Below are positions 29,390 through 38,807 of a stretch of 64,000 bases of DNA, piece after piece. The notes under the pieces were generated by a model. That model was not told the DNA's origin. It worked only from the letters and a program-made list of their open reading frames with translations, and ran no database searches. The number at the start of each line of letters is the position of its first letter. The first letter of the stretch is position 1. Source of the stretch: Sulfolobales archaeon HS-7 (lineage in GTDB: Archaea > Thermoproteota > Thermoprotei_A > Sulfolobales > Sulfolobaceae); assembly GCA_019704295.1 (NCBI GenBank), contig AP024596.1:576001-640000 (forward strand). The letters are read 5' to 3'. The position numbers and the translations under genes are program-made.

Positions 29390-30778
29390 ATGTCGTTAGG
29401 ACTACTACTGTCTGGTATTATATTTATTCCGGCTATTGTTGTGATATTATTACAGATTGGTTTCTATATGTTAGGTCTAAAGAATACAATAAACGTTAAG
29501 CATGTAACAACCTTACCCTCTATCTCAGTGATAATGCCCATTAAGAATGAAGATGTAAATGTTATTCAAGGAGCACTTAATAATATAGCAGAACTGGATT
29601 ATCCAAAAGAGAAAGTTGAACTCGTGATCATATCCGATGATGATCAAGAACGTTTCAACTACATAATGAAGTCCTTAAACTTTCCTTTGGGTCTGGAAGT
29701 TAAGATTGTTAGGAGGGAGGAGAGGAAAGGATTCAAGAGTGGAGCTTTACAATACGGTCTCTACTTATCATCTGGTGAACTTATTCTCTCACTTGATGTA
29801 GACGGCAGACTTAAAAAGAACTCGTTGAGGCGAGCGGTATCAATAATGGAAGATCGAGGATGTGATGCAGTTGTCATGGATTGGAGAGGGTACTCCACAA
29901 ACAACAGTACGCTTTCTAAAGGATTGATAATTGGTACTACACTCGCCAGTGTTTCAGGAATTAAGGGAAGGGATAGGATTGGATTTCAGGTTTTCCCAGT
30001 CGGTTCAGGAACTTTATTCAAAAGGAGTGCTATTGTTGATGTAGGAGGTTGGAATCCATACATAGTTCAAGAGGATTTGGAGATAGGATGCAGAATGTTT
30101 TCTGGTGGGAAGAAGATATGTGGTTCGGACATACCGATAGAAGTTGAAGTACCATCAAGCTTTGAGGCATTCTATATACAACAAACTAGATGGGCCATGG
30201 GATGTATTGAGACAATAGCGCGAAGACTTAAAGATGTAGTGAATTCCAAGATTAGCATACTGAATAAGATAGATGCCATAATTTATCTATTACAATATCT
30301 ACCGGTTTCGTTAACTTTCGTTGGCACTTCCCTACTTGCTATGTTCACCTTATTAGGGTACGCAACATCCATCTCATTACCGTTATTCCTCGTTTGGATA
30401 GCGGTACTGGCGATATACGGTTATCTTTTCTTAAGAGTAGGAAAAAATATAGGCTTCCCCATTAAAGATATTTTATTCTCAATGGGAAGAGTGTCAGCCT
30501 TTACAGCGTCCCTATCTCCTTTTGTATTCTATTGGTCGCTAAAAGGTTTCTCCCGTAAAAGAGAATTTAGAATAACGCCTAAAGGAGGTTCGAGCGTTAA
30601 TTCAAAACTCAACGTTAAACTAATAATTGTAGGATTAGGTTTTCTATATATTTCAACCTCCGTAGTGGCAATAATTAGGGGGGAATTGCTGAGCGGATTG
30701 TGGCTATTTTACTATAGTTCAGCATACATTTACACTGGATTGGTCTCCCTATTAGAAAGTAAATTTAGTAAGAATTGA
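29390..30778 (+). CDS. Membrane glycosyltransferase family 2 (processive, cellulose-synthase-like)
   Basis: GFKSGAL, DVD, QED and QQTRW motifs; C-terminal TM helices. Confidence 0.9.
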   Translation: MSLGLLLSGIIFIPAIVVILLQIGFYMLGLKNTINVKHVTTLPSISVIMPIKNEDVNVIQGALNNIAELDYPKEKVELVIISDDDQERFNYIMKSLNFPLGLEVKIVRREERKGFKSGALQYGLYLSSGELILSLDVDGRLKKNSLRRAVSIMEDRGCDAVVMDWRGYSTNNSTLSKGLIIGTTLASVSGIKGRDRIGFQVFPVGSGTLFKRSAIVDVGGWNPYIVQEDLEIGCRMFSGGKKICGSDIPIEVEVPSSFEAFYIQQTRWAMGCIETIARRLKDVVNSKISILNKIDAIIYLLQYLPVSLTFVGTSLLAMFTLLGYATSISLPLFLVWIAVLAIYGYLFLRVGKNIGFPIKDILFSMGRVSAFTASLSPFVFYWSLKGFSRKREFRITPKGGSSVNSKLNVKLIIVGLGFLYISTSVVAIIRGELLSGLWLFYYSSAYIYTGLVSLLESKFSKN

Positions 30779-30779
30779 A

Positions 30780-30863
30780 CGCCGGGAGTGGGATTTGAAC
30801 CCACGCGGGGTTTCCCCCAACGGCTTAGCAGGCCGCCGCCCTACCAGGCTAGGCGATCCCGGC
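30780..30863 (-). tRNA. tRNA-Ser(GCT)
   Basis: Reverse complement GCCGGGATCGCCTAGCCTGGTAGGGCGGCGGCCTGCTAAGCCGT...GTGGGTTCAAATCCCACTCCCGGCG with a long variable arm. Confidence 0.95.
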
Positions 30864-31360
30864 TTACAAGAATGTATAGAAAGAAAATAATTAAAAACCT
30901 TTCACTCCGTTTTGAAAGAGTTAGGTTAAAATATTATAACCAGTTTGCGAAGAGAAACTAATACTACGTTTGAAGGAACTTCCAATCTATCAACATTTCC
31001 TGACCTTAAGTATAACGGAGTTAATACGTCTTAAGAGGTTGTATCTCTCATTTGGTGGGCATAGGTATAGCTGACGAGATACGTGAAATAAGGGTCTTTC
31101 GTTAACAACCTCTATTCGCCTAAGGGGGAAGTGTTAAATGACCCCTCCACAGTCCCATTAAGCCCTCACTAATGCTGAGGAATGGTTAGTAGCCCTAATG
31201 GATTTTTATAAATATGGTGGGTTATCTACCCTAACGGATCTACCACCCCATTAACCCATCTTTATAAGGTGATGAAGAGTATAAGGGTGAAAGGTCAACC
31301 TATACAATTATTTCCGTATTGTTACCTGGTGAAAAGTTGTCGAACTTCTTATAGAGATCA

Positions 31361-32008
31361 TCACCTAACCCCTAATATCTTGTGAAACTGGGGCAGAACT
31401 CTAAAGTTATATCCTAACTTGGTAACCCATTCAGAGAGTTCTAATAACGCGTTAATATAGTCGCTACGGTTACCGTCAGGTTGAACTATTACCTTTTGTT
31501 CGCTAATTCCCTGGAATTGCACGAACTCCTTTATCTCCTTTAAATCGAATTCCGGATTTACAACAACGAACTTATAATAGGTGGCCCAATCGTCGTTTCT
31601 AAAGTCATATTTAGGTTTAAATCCACTATTACTCAGCTTAGGCGATACTGAGAAGAAATCAACGTACTTTCTAAGTTCCTCTCGGGGTTTTATAGTGCCA
31701 CTAGTTTCTAGTGCTACGATATATCCAGCTTGTTTTAGTTTAACAACGAGTTCGACAATATCTTGAAGTAGGGGTTCACCCCCAGTTATCGTCGTTAATT
31801 TAACTTCTGGAGAAATTTGACTTAGGATTTCTTCACTATTCATTTTCTTCCCATCCCGCATGTACCAAGAATACTTAGTATCGCACCAAACACATCTTAG
31901 ATTACAGCCCGCAAGCCTAACAAAATTTGACGGTCTTCCTATGAGAAGACCCTCTCCCTGTATAGACGTAAATATCTCTATAATATAGTAGTACCTTCTT
32001 TCGCCCAA
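31361..32008 (-). CDS. queE: 7-carboxy-7-deazaguanine synthase
   Basis: EIFTSIQGEG, FVRLAGCNLRCVWCDT, TGGEP, ETSG, SPK, PQFH. Confidence 0.92.
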   Translation of the reverse strand: MGERRYYYIIEIFTSIQGEGLLIGRPSNFVRLAGCNLRCVWCDTKYSWYMRDGKKMNSEEILSQISPEVKLTTITGGEPLLQDIVELVVKLKQAGYIVALETSGTIKPREELRKYVDFFSVSPKLSNSGFKPKYDFRNDDWATYYKFVVVNPEFDLKEIKEFVQFQGISEQKVIVQPDGNRSDYINALLELSEWVTKLGYNFRVLPQFHKILGVR

Positions 32009-32028
32009 TTTTCCTTACACTGGCCTCA

Positions 32029-32592
32029 TTAAATTGTAGCAACTAGATGTTCAGCGCCCTCTTCCTTCAGTAGATTTCTCAGCGCACCCTCTCCCCTTAT
32101 CCTCTTTTGTAGCATTAATAATCCTCTAGCTAAGGCTTCGGGTCGAGTTGGGCATCCCGGCATGTAAATGTCCACTGGTAATCCTATTTCGCTAGGTAAA
32201 ACTAAATTGTAACTATTCCAGAAAATCCCTCCTTCTAGGGAACATGCGCCCATAGCTATAACGTATTTGGGCTCAGGCATTTGTTCCCATACAATCCTAA
32301 CGGCTCTAGCCATTTTCCTAGTCATAGTTCCCTCAATCACAAGTAGGTTAGATTGTCTGGCAGATGAAAAAGGAAGCATTCCAAATCTCTCAGAGTCGAA
32401 CCGAGAAGCTGCAAAAGATCCAAATTCGGTTCCGCAGCAGCTAGTTGTCATGTGCGGGGGCCAAAGTGAGAACGACACCCCCCAGTCAATTAAGCTTCTT
32501 ATAGGTTTCTTATTCAATAACCACCGTGCAGCTTTCCTAGCCGCGGTATTTGCGTCCCCTTGAAGTAATATTTCCTGTGTCAAAGAAATCAC
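32029..32592 (-). CDS. nuoB: NADH-quinone oxidoreductase subunit B-like Fe-S protein
   Basis: TSCCGTE, QMPEPKYVIAMGAC, PGCPTRPEA. Confidence 0.92.
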   Translation of the reverse strand: MISLTQEILLQGDANTAARKAARWLLNKKPIRSLIDWGVSFSLWPPHMTTSCCGTEFGSFAASRFDSERFGMLPFSSARQSNLLVIEGTMTRKMARAVRIVWEQMPEPKYVIAMGACSLEGGIFWNSYNLVLPSEIGLPVDIYMPGCPTRPEALARGLLMLQKRIRGEGALRNLLKEEGAEHLVATI

Positions 32593-32669
32593 ACCTTCAT
32601 TATATATTAGACAGCTAGCTAAATAAATATTAGCTACAAGCTTTTGAAAGGTAGATATTAAACATTCGA

Positions 32670-32870
32670 TTTATCTTCACTGAGGATTAAAGGGAAGCCA
32701 TCTGGGAGGATGGGTGTCCCCCTTTGTATAACTTTGACTATCGTTTTGCAGTAGTATATAAATGACGGTAGTCGATGAGATAAGTGTCGTCGCGACCCCT
32801 AAGAGAGGGTGGATGCGGTATGCCTCTGATCCAATCGGCGGTCCCCACAATACCATTATGTTAACTCGAC
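32670..32870 (+). mobile_element. IS200/IS605-type MITE, truncated before the right end
   Basis: tttatcttca left end, cccctttgta, gatgcggtatgcctctgatccaatc..atgttaactcga core shared with 6598-6900 and 42079-42397. Confidence 0.72.
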
Positions 32871-33406
32871 ACAGTATTAAATGCACGATTAATGTTAATA
32901 ACTAAATAAACTAAAAAGTTATAGAATACGACTCTCTAGAATTAAATTCGCTTAATTATAATATAGAAGATAATATAAAATAAGTTTATTAGGAGTAGTT
33001 ACAAGTAATCATATGTTTCTCAAAAATCAAGGCCAAAAAGAGGTTTTCGACTTGATTAGTTCAAAGTTTACAGAGGGAACAATAGGATATTTTTAAGCTT
33101 AGGAAATTAACAAATGAGTTTAATCTCCCGTAATTCACCTATATAATCGCCATAATTATCCGATATATGCCTGGTTATTCCAATATCCTAAAATCTAGTT
33201 TTTAAAGTAAATTACATTTGTTATATTCGACATCATTTCATGTTATCCGATTTTTCGACCTTTTTCCCTTTATAATTTACGCAATAGGTGAATCATTTTT
33301 TCATTATCTTGAGATACCTTCAACGAGAAATTCCTAACCGCCTTGAATCTAAAGCTAGGAAAGGGGGACTTTCACCCTATCCTTGTCAAATTAAATTCAA
33401 AAATTC

Positions 33407-33607
33407 CTATATCCACCACCCTGTGACAGACCAACAGCCATATCTTTCATTAAGTTTGACACATTGTGAACTATCCTTATTACATTCCTCACATAGCTTC
33501 TGATACTCCTTGACTGTTTCATTATCACATATTATTTGATTACAAATTCTCACACACTTTCTTCCAGCAATGTATATGTAGCATTCCATATACCTTTTTT
33601 CCCTCAA
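33407..33607 (-). CDS. Small Cys-rich hypothetical protein
   Basis: Eight Cys in ~60 aa, ending GCWSVTGWWI. Confidence 0.6.
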   Translation of the reverse strand: MREKRYMECYIYIAGRKCVRICNQIICDNETVKEYQKLCEECNKDSSQCVKLNERYGCWSVTGWWI

Positions 33608-33699
33608 TGATCATTTAAAGCGTTTCTCATAACGGGCAAGCTATGAGATTCCAATTCGTGACCTTAACTATATTGTAAATTTTTTATATGTAATACGTT

Positions 33700-34569
33700 T
33701 TAGAAAAGACGCGATATCATAATAAGGATAAATATTAGAGCTAGATATGGAGAGGATAGTTTGAATGATTCCCACGCTTCCTCTTTAGTCGGATTAATAA
33801 GAAGCTTTACGGAGGAATATATAATTAGCATAGAAAGTATTACGCATCCATACAAGTAGATTATATTTGTGTAAAAATAAAGAGAAAATGCTAAAGGTAG
33901 CATGAGGAAATTGGAAATTGCTATAGCTAGAGCTGAATTCCTCTCAGTAGTAAGCGATGGAAGCATTGGATAGTTGGCGTTAATATAATCCTCTCTCATT
34001 CTTAATGCCAATGACCAGAAATGTCCGGGAGTCCACATGAATATAAGAAGTCCTAGTAAAAACGCTTGAACGGAAAAACTACCTGTTATTGCAGAGAATC
34101 CCGCCCATGCCGCAGCGCTCCCAGCAAATCCCCCTATCACTATATTCCACCAGGTTCTCGGTTTAAGATACATGGTATATAGAAAAACATATATCAGAAC
34201 TCCTAGAGCTATAAAAAGTGCGGTAAGTGGATTTATAAGTAAACCTAAAATAACTCCAACTACTGATTGAATAGCCCCGATTAATATTGAGACATTTGGT
34301 GTAACACTGCCGACAACAGTAGGTCTTTTGGAAGTTCTTTTCATGACCCTGTCCCTATCAACCTCTAGTCCTTCATTAATCATTCCTGCGCCGCCTGACG
34401 CAAGACTCCCTGCTATTAGTAAAAGTACCATAATGATAAGTTGCTTAAGACTAAATGGTAATCTAATCCCAAGGAAAGCACCTGCTAGTGCAGCCAAGTC
34501 AAGCAACACTAATATTCGCGGTTTATTCAGCGTTAAGTAGTCCTTCAATGATATAGTGAGCGTATTCAT
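33700..34569 (-). CDS. ctaB: Protoheme IX farnesyltransferase (heme o synthase)
   Basis: KPRI, DRDRVMKRTSKRP, LKPRT, WTPGHFWSLA, DY..ANYPMLP. Confidence 0.93.
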   Translation of the reverse strand: MNTLTISLKDYLTLNKPRILVLLDLAALAGAFLGIRLPFSLKQLIIMVLLLIAGSLASGGAGMINEGLEVDRDRVMKRTSKRPTVVGSVTPNVSILIGAIQSVVGVILGLLINPLTALFIALGVLIYVFLYTMYLKPRTWWNIVIGGFAGSAAAWAGFSAITGSFSVQAFLLGLLIFMWTPGHFWSLALRMREDYINANYPMLPSLTTERNSALAIAISNFLMLPLAFSLYFYTNIIYLYGCVILSMLIIYSSVKLLINPTKEEAWESFKLSSPYLALIFILIMISRLF

Positions 34570-34909
34570 ATCGATTTAAATACCTCTACATCAGCGAAAT
34601 TATAAACATTGGTATGAATTTTATTTAACTGTGTTACAAACTAAAGTTAATTCGGAAAAAACCCGCTCGATCTAAGGTAGTTTAGTTAAGCGGTTTCCAA
34701 CCGTGAATTGCTTACGAACCTTAACGTAAAAACTCGATCTGCCAGGAGGACGTATAACAAGGTAAGTTATGAAAACATAAGAGAGCCCTTGTACTCAATT
34801 AAAGAACTCTCCTCTTTTAATTCGTGCTTACGCGTTAACTAAGGCCCTCACATAAATATCATACCATAAATTATAATTACCTCTAATGTAAGGTTACCCA
34901 TGGTGTTTA

Positions 34910-35038
34910 ATGTTGGAGGAAGAGGATTGGGAAGAAGAGGACTTTGAGGAAGAGGATTGGGAAGAAGAGGACTTTGAGGAAGAGGATTGGGAAGAAGAGG
35001 ACTTTGAGGAAGAGGATTGGGAAGAAAACGAATGGTAA
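34910..35038 (+). CDS. Unannotated 42-aa hyper-acidic microprotein ML(EEEDWEEEDF)3EEEDWEENEW
   Basis: ATG 34910 to TAA 35038; GGTG RBS-like at 34902-34905; TTATAA at 34871; below the ORF-track size cutoff. Confidence 0.7.
   Translation: MLEEEDWEEEDFEEEDWEEEDFEEEDWEEEDFEEEDWEENEW
34916..35026. repeat. Perfect 30-bp tandem repeat (~3.7 copies)
   Basis: gaggaagaggattgggaagaagaggacttt repeated with no spacers. Confidence 0.97.
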
Positions 35039-35310
35039 TAATGCCTCATCATACTAAGAAGACATTATCTATTTTTGGAGTAGTTTTACTAGTAAAGTGA
35101 GCTATTCTCATCCTGAATGGTTAGATCAAAAGTAGCTTATCTGAGTTTGAATTATTATAGTAAAATAATCTTGGAATTGATGTAAATAGTGTTCTAGTTA
35201 TTAGAATAAGCTTGTTGGAGTTAAGGGTCTTCAATTGCTTTCCGATAAATATTGTATAGTCTTCTAAAAATCAGACAGTGCAGCTTATTACCTAACGTTT
35301 CTAGCAAGAT

Positions 35311-35610
35311 ATAAATTCACCCCATCTTGGCAAAAGGAGGCTTCCTGTTTCACTGCTCCGCCTTGCGTGTAGTAAAGGGCGGAACTTCACAGGCCGTGAG
35401 GGTCGCCCCAGAAGTGAGCTTAACGTTAGTGTTTCACGCGGAACTGTAGCTGGAGTGTAGGCGTACCACATTTACCCTCACTTAGGTGTCTTGGTAACAT
35501 TCACCTAGCCGAATGCTATCACTGATGTACTGGCCGCGAATTGACTTAAACAGAAGAAGCTATCCATCCCCTCGCATATTCCGCCCTTTTGAACCTCTGA
35601 TAAAGATAAG
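35311..35610 (-). mobile_element. IS200/IS605-type MITE (~300 bp)
   Basis: ggcttcctgtttc..ccgccttgc..acaggccgtgagggtcgc right end, shared core, tatccatccc..ccgccctttt gaacc left end. Confidence 0.82.
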
Positions 35611-35719
35611 AAAACTTTATCGATTCTCTACTTAATATTAGATGCAAATATACCTGGTGGTTAATTAATGCCTTACTTTAGAAATAATAGTTTGTCCTTT
35701 AAATTCGGGAGGAATTGAC

Positions 35720-37522
35720 ATGAGATTAGCTGTAGTTAATTTAGATCTGTGTAAGCCTACTAAGTGTAATTACGAGTGTATAAACTTCTGTCCAGTTAAT
35801 AGGTCAGGCACTACTGCAATTGAAGCGCTAAATGAACTCAAGGGAAAACCAAGGATCTATGAGGAGACCTGTATAGGATGCGGTATTTGTGTAAAGAAAT
35901 GTCCCTTTGAGGTTATTTCAATAATAAACCTTCCTGATCAGTACGAGGGAGAAGTAGTCCACCGATATGGTGCAAATGGGTTTAAGCTCTTCGGTCTTCC
36001 GACACCAAAGACTGGAAAAGTTATAGGGATTTTGGGACGAAATGGTTCCGGTAAAACGACAATACTTAAAATACTCAGTGGAGAGATCATGCCTAATTTT
36101 GGCATAGTAGACCAGAATCCGACAATAGACTCTGTCCTAGATAACTTTCGCGGGAAAGAGATCTACGACTACTTCAGGAAGTTATACAATAGAGAATTAA
36201 AGGTAGTTCATAAAATACAGTATGTCGATCTCGTCGGGAAAAGATTATCAGGAAATGTAGCGTCTCTGTTAACCAAAGTGAACGAAAGCGGTAAGTTAGA
36301 TGAGATAAGAGAATTATTGAACATGAATTCCTTTTGGAATAAGGAAGTGAAGACACTAAGTGGGGGAGAGCTTCAGAAACTTCTGATAGCTGCTACTCTA
36401 GCGAGAGAGGCCGACGTATACGTACTCGATGAGCCGTCGTCTTACTTAGATGTAAGGGAGAGACTGAACATGGCTAGAGCAATTTTAACTCTTACGAAGA
36501 ACAAATTCGTTTTATTAGTAGAACATGACCTAGTAGTGTTAGATTACCTATCGGATCTAGTTCACATAGTCTATGGAGAACCGGCTGTTTACGGTAAGGT
36601 ATCCAAGCCATACTCCTCAAGAGTAGGAATAAATTACCTAATAGAGGGATATCTCCCCGCGGAGAACGTAAAGTTTAGGGACGATAAAATAATCTTCGAA
36701 TTAAAAGAGCTTAATGAAGAAAATAAAAAGGGGAAAGAAAAGAGGGTAGAGTGGTCGTCATTAAATGTAATTCTCTCTGGATTTCAACTTAGGGTGGAGG
36801 AAGGATATGCCTTTAGTGGGGAGATTATCGGCATCTTGGGACCTAACGGAATTGGAAAAACGACATTTATGCGTGTTCTAGTCGGAGAAGTAATGCCTTC
36901 CTCGGGATATGTTATAGTGTCAAACCTCACTATGGCGTACAAACCCCAAAAGATAACACCAGAATTTCCAGGGACAGTTAGAGAACTATTAATCGCATCA
37001 AGTGAAGACGCGTTATCCAACTCCTCTTGGTTTTACGTGGAAGTAATAAGGAAATTCGGACTCCACAAACTACTTGACTCTGAAATATCAACACTAAGTG
37101 GGGGAGAGCTTCAGAAACTTCTGATAGCTGCTACTCTAGCGAGAGAGGCCGACGTATACGTACTCGATGAGCCGTCGTCTTACTTAGATGTAGAAGATAG
37201 ATATACAATGGCTAAGGCAGTAAAAAGAGTTACCTTAGAAAGGGGGGCAGTAACCTTCATAGTTGAACACGATATCTCAATTCATGATTACATTGCGGAT
37301 AGGTTAATGGTTTTTACTGGACAACCAGGAATCAATGGTCGTGCGTCATCGCCCCTATCGAGGAAAGTCGGAATGAATAGCTTTCTCAAAGAGATGGATA
37401 TAACCTTTAGAAGAGATCCCGATACTGGTAGACCCAGAGTTAACAAACCAGATAGCTATCTAGATCGGGAGCAAAAGAGAAAGGGAGAGTATTACTTCGT
37501 GGAAAGTAAAGTTCTAGAATGA
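35720..37522 (+). CDS. rli: Ribosome recycling factor ABCE1/Rli1
   Basis: N-terminal 2x[4Fe-4S] Cys motifs, two NBDs (GRNGSGKT, GPNGIGKT), hinge TFRRDPDTGRPRVNK. Confidence 0.96.
   Translation: MRLAVVNLDLCKPTKCNYECINFCPVNRSGTTAIEALNELKGKPRIYEETCIGCGICVKKCPFEVISIINLPDQYEGEVVHRYGANGFKLFGLPTPKTGKVIGILGRNGSGKTTILKILSGEIMPNFGIVDQNPTIDSVLDNFRGKEIYDYFRKLYNRELKVVHKIQYVDLVGKRLSGNVASLLTKVNESGKLDEIRELLNMNSFWNKEVKTLSGGELQKLLIAATLAREADVYVLDEPSSYLDVRERLNMARAILTLTKNKFVLLVEHDLVVLDYLSDLVHIVYGEPAVYGKVSKPYSSRVGINYLIEGYLPAENVKFRDDKIIFELKELNEENKKGKEKRVEWSSLNVILSGFQLRVEEGYAFSGEIIGILGPNGIGKTTFMRVLVGEVMPSSGYVIVSNLTMAYKPQKITPEFPGTVRELLIASSEDALSNSSWFYVEVIRKFGLHKLLDSEISTLSGGELQKLLIAATLAREADVYVLDEPSSYLDVEDRYTMAKAVKRVTLERGAVTFIVEHDISIHDYIADRLMVFTGQPGINGRASSPLSRKVGMNSFLKEMDITFRRDPDTGRPRVNKPDSYLDREQKRKGEYYFVESKVLE
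36353..37192 (+). repeat. 102-bp identical direct repeat inside ABCE1 (36353-36454 = 37091-37192)
   Basis: Both copies encode TLSGGELQKLLIAATLAREADVYVLDEPSSYLDV with identical codons. Confidence 0.95.
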
Positions 37523-38352
37523 TTTTTTATATTATTTATAACTTTGTCTAAATCAACGATCACTCCGGCTCTCCTCGTAGGTATAGACGATAGAACGTCG
37601 TCTGATCGTCCAATCAGGTCGTTAATTTTGCCTAATATTTTCCTGACTTCATTGGCATTTCCTACATCTCCTGAAGGCTTAACGTATTCGACCTTTCTGT
37701 CTGAAATCATGAATGATGGCCAACTTTTTGCAACTTTAGGAAGTACTACAATTCCGTTGTCTCTAAGAAATGCAGGTACTTTAGCCCTAATCCATCCTCT
37801 CAGGGAAAATAAAACTAAAACGTCCCATTGCTCTTTAACTTCTCGGATCTGTCTAATTTCCTTAGGCAATTGAAATGAGGAATCGTCTCTAAACACTGCC
37901 AGATCTCTGACTTTATCTTGTAAATATAACGCAGTTATCGCGGAAAAAAGTCCTGTACCTAATATGAGTACGCTTTTTCCTTCTCCAATTTCTGCTACCT
38001 GTTTTGCAATAGATATGTGTGGAAGAAAGAGGTTATCCTCGTCATTGTTACCGACTACACGTATAACATCTAAAGGAATAGAAGAATATTCGCTCATTAC
38101 ACCATTAGCATCTATTCCTATTCCTCCATAACGCTCAGAATAGGGAAAGATAACTACCTTTTTCCCTATTAATGATTGTTCTACCTGGACCCCAACGTCT
38201 TCGCATACTCCCATACCAATACTTCCTAATATCCTGGACGGCTCTACCCACAGAAATCCTAAGTATATAGCGTTCTCAATACCATCTAATAATACCTTTT
38301 GCGGTTTTACTAATACGTGATCTTTTTCAATAAGCGGATTAGGCAAGTCCAT
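37492..38352 (-). CDS. Degenerate MDR/Zn-alcohol-dehydrogenase-like protein
   Basis: GroES-like N-terminus (VLVK, ILGSIGMG, GKKVV) and a GxG remnant; lacks the Cys/GHE zinc ligands. Confidence 0.7.
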   Translation of the reverse strand: MDLPNPLIEKDHVLVKPQKVLLDGIENAIYLGFLWVEPSRILGSIGMGVCEDVGVQVEQSLIGKKVVIFPYSERYGGIGIDANGVMSEYSSIPLDVIRVVGNNDEDNLFLPHISIAKQVAEIGEGKSVLILGTGLFSAITALYLQDKVRDLAVFRDDSSFQLPKEIRQIREVKEQWDVLVLFSLRGWIRAKVPAFLRDNGIVVLPKVAKSWPSFMISDRKVEYVKPSGDVGNANEVRKILGKINDLIGRSDDVLSSIPTRRAGVIVDLDKVINNIKNHSRTLLSTK

Positions 38353-38447
38353 ATAAGTGATACCCTGGTTGAATACGACGCCTATTATACTGTATCACCG
38401 TAATTATTCATATAATAACATAACTGGTTATAAAGATAAGTGATTAA

Positions 38448-38807
38448 ATGAAAATCATTCATAACATAAGCAAAAGCGCCAGGAGTCAAATAATTTCACT
38501 TATGTTAAGGGAGAGGACGGAAAAGGAACTAGCGGAGGCATTGGATATAAGTCCGGCGTCTATCACCAAGTATATTAAGGAAGTTACGCATCCTAGCGAT
38601 AAAATAATAGAAAAGTGCTTAGAAATAGCTAATGACTATGAGGCCGAACAAATAGTTTCAATAATTCTTTCGGATGTGTTTGAGGCCCTTGTCGAATTCC
38701 TGAAAGTAGCCGGTGATAAAATACCTAATGAGGAAGTTAACATCTTAGTAAGTAAAATAAGAAATGCTAAGAGAGACTCAAGACTTCTCCTTAATCAGGT
38801 CTCCTAA
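38448..38807 (+). CDS. XRE-type HTH protein
   Basis: EKELAEALDISPASITKY..THPSD. Confidence 0.82.
   Translation: MKIIHNISKSARSQIISLMLRERTEKELAEALDISPASITKYIKEVTHPSDKIIEKCLEIANDYEAEQIVSIILSDVFEALVEFLKVAGDKIPNEEVNILVSKIRNAKRDSRLLLNQVS

Noticed and set aside
30900-31340. Intergenic region upstream of tRNA-Ser with an imperfect inverted repeat (~31205-31267); possible integrated element
   Set aside because: No integrase, no att duplication of the tRNA 3' end, and no confident family match.
34900-34947. Alternative Gly/Arg-rich frame of the 30-bp repeat
   Set aside because: Hits TGA after 15 codons; only the acidic frame stays open through the repeat from a start codon.
34916-35026. 30-bp repeats as a CRISPR array
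   Set aside because: Units are head-to-tail with no unique spacers, and there are no cas genes in the window.
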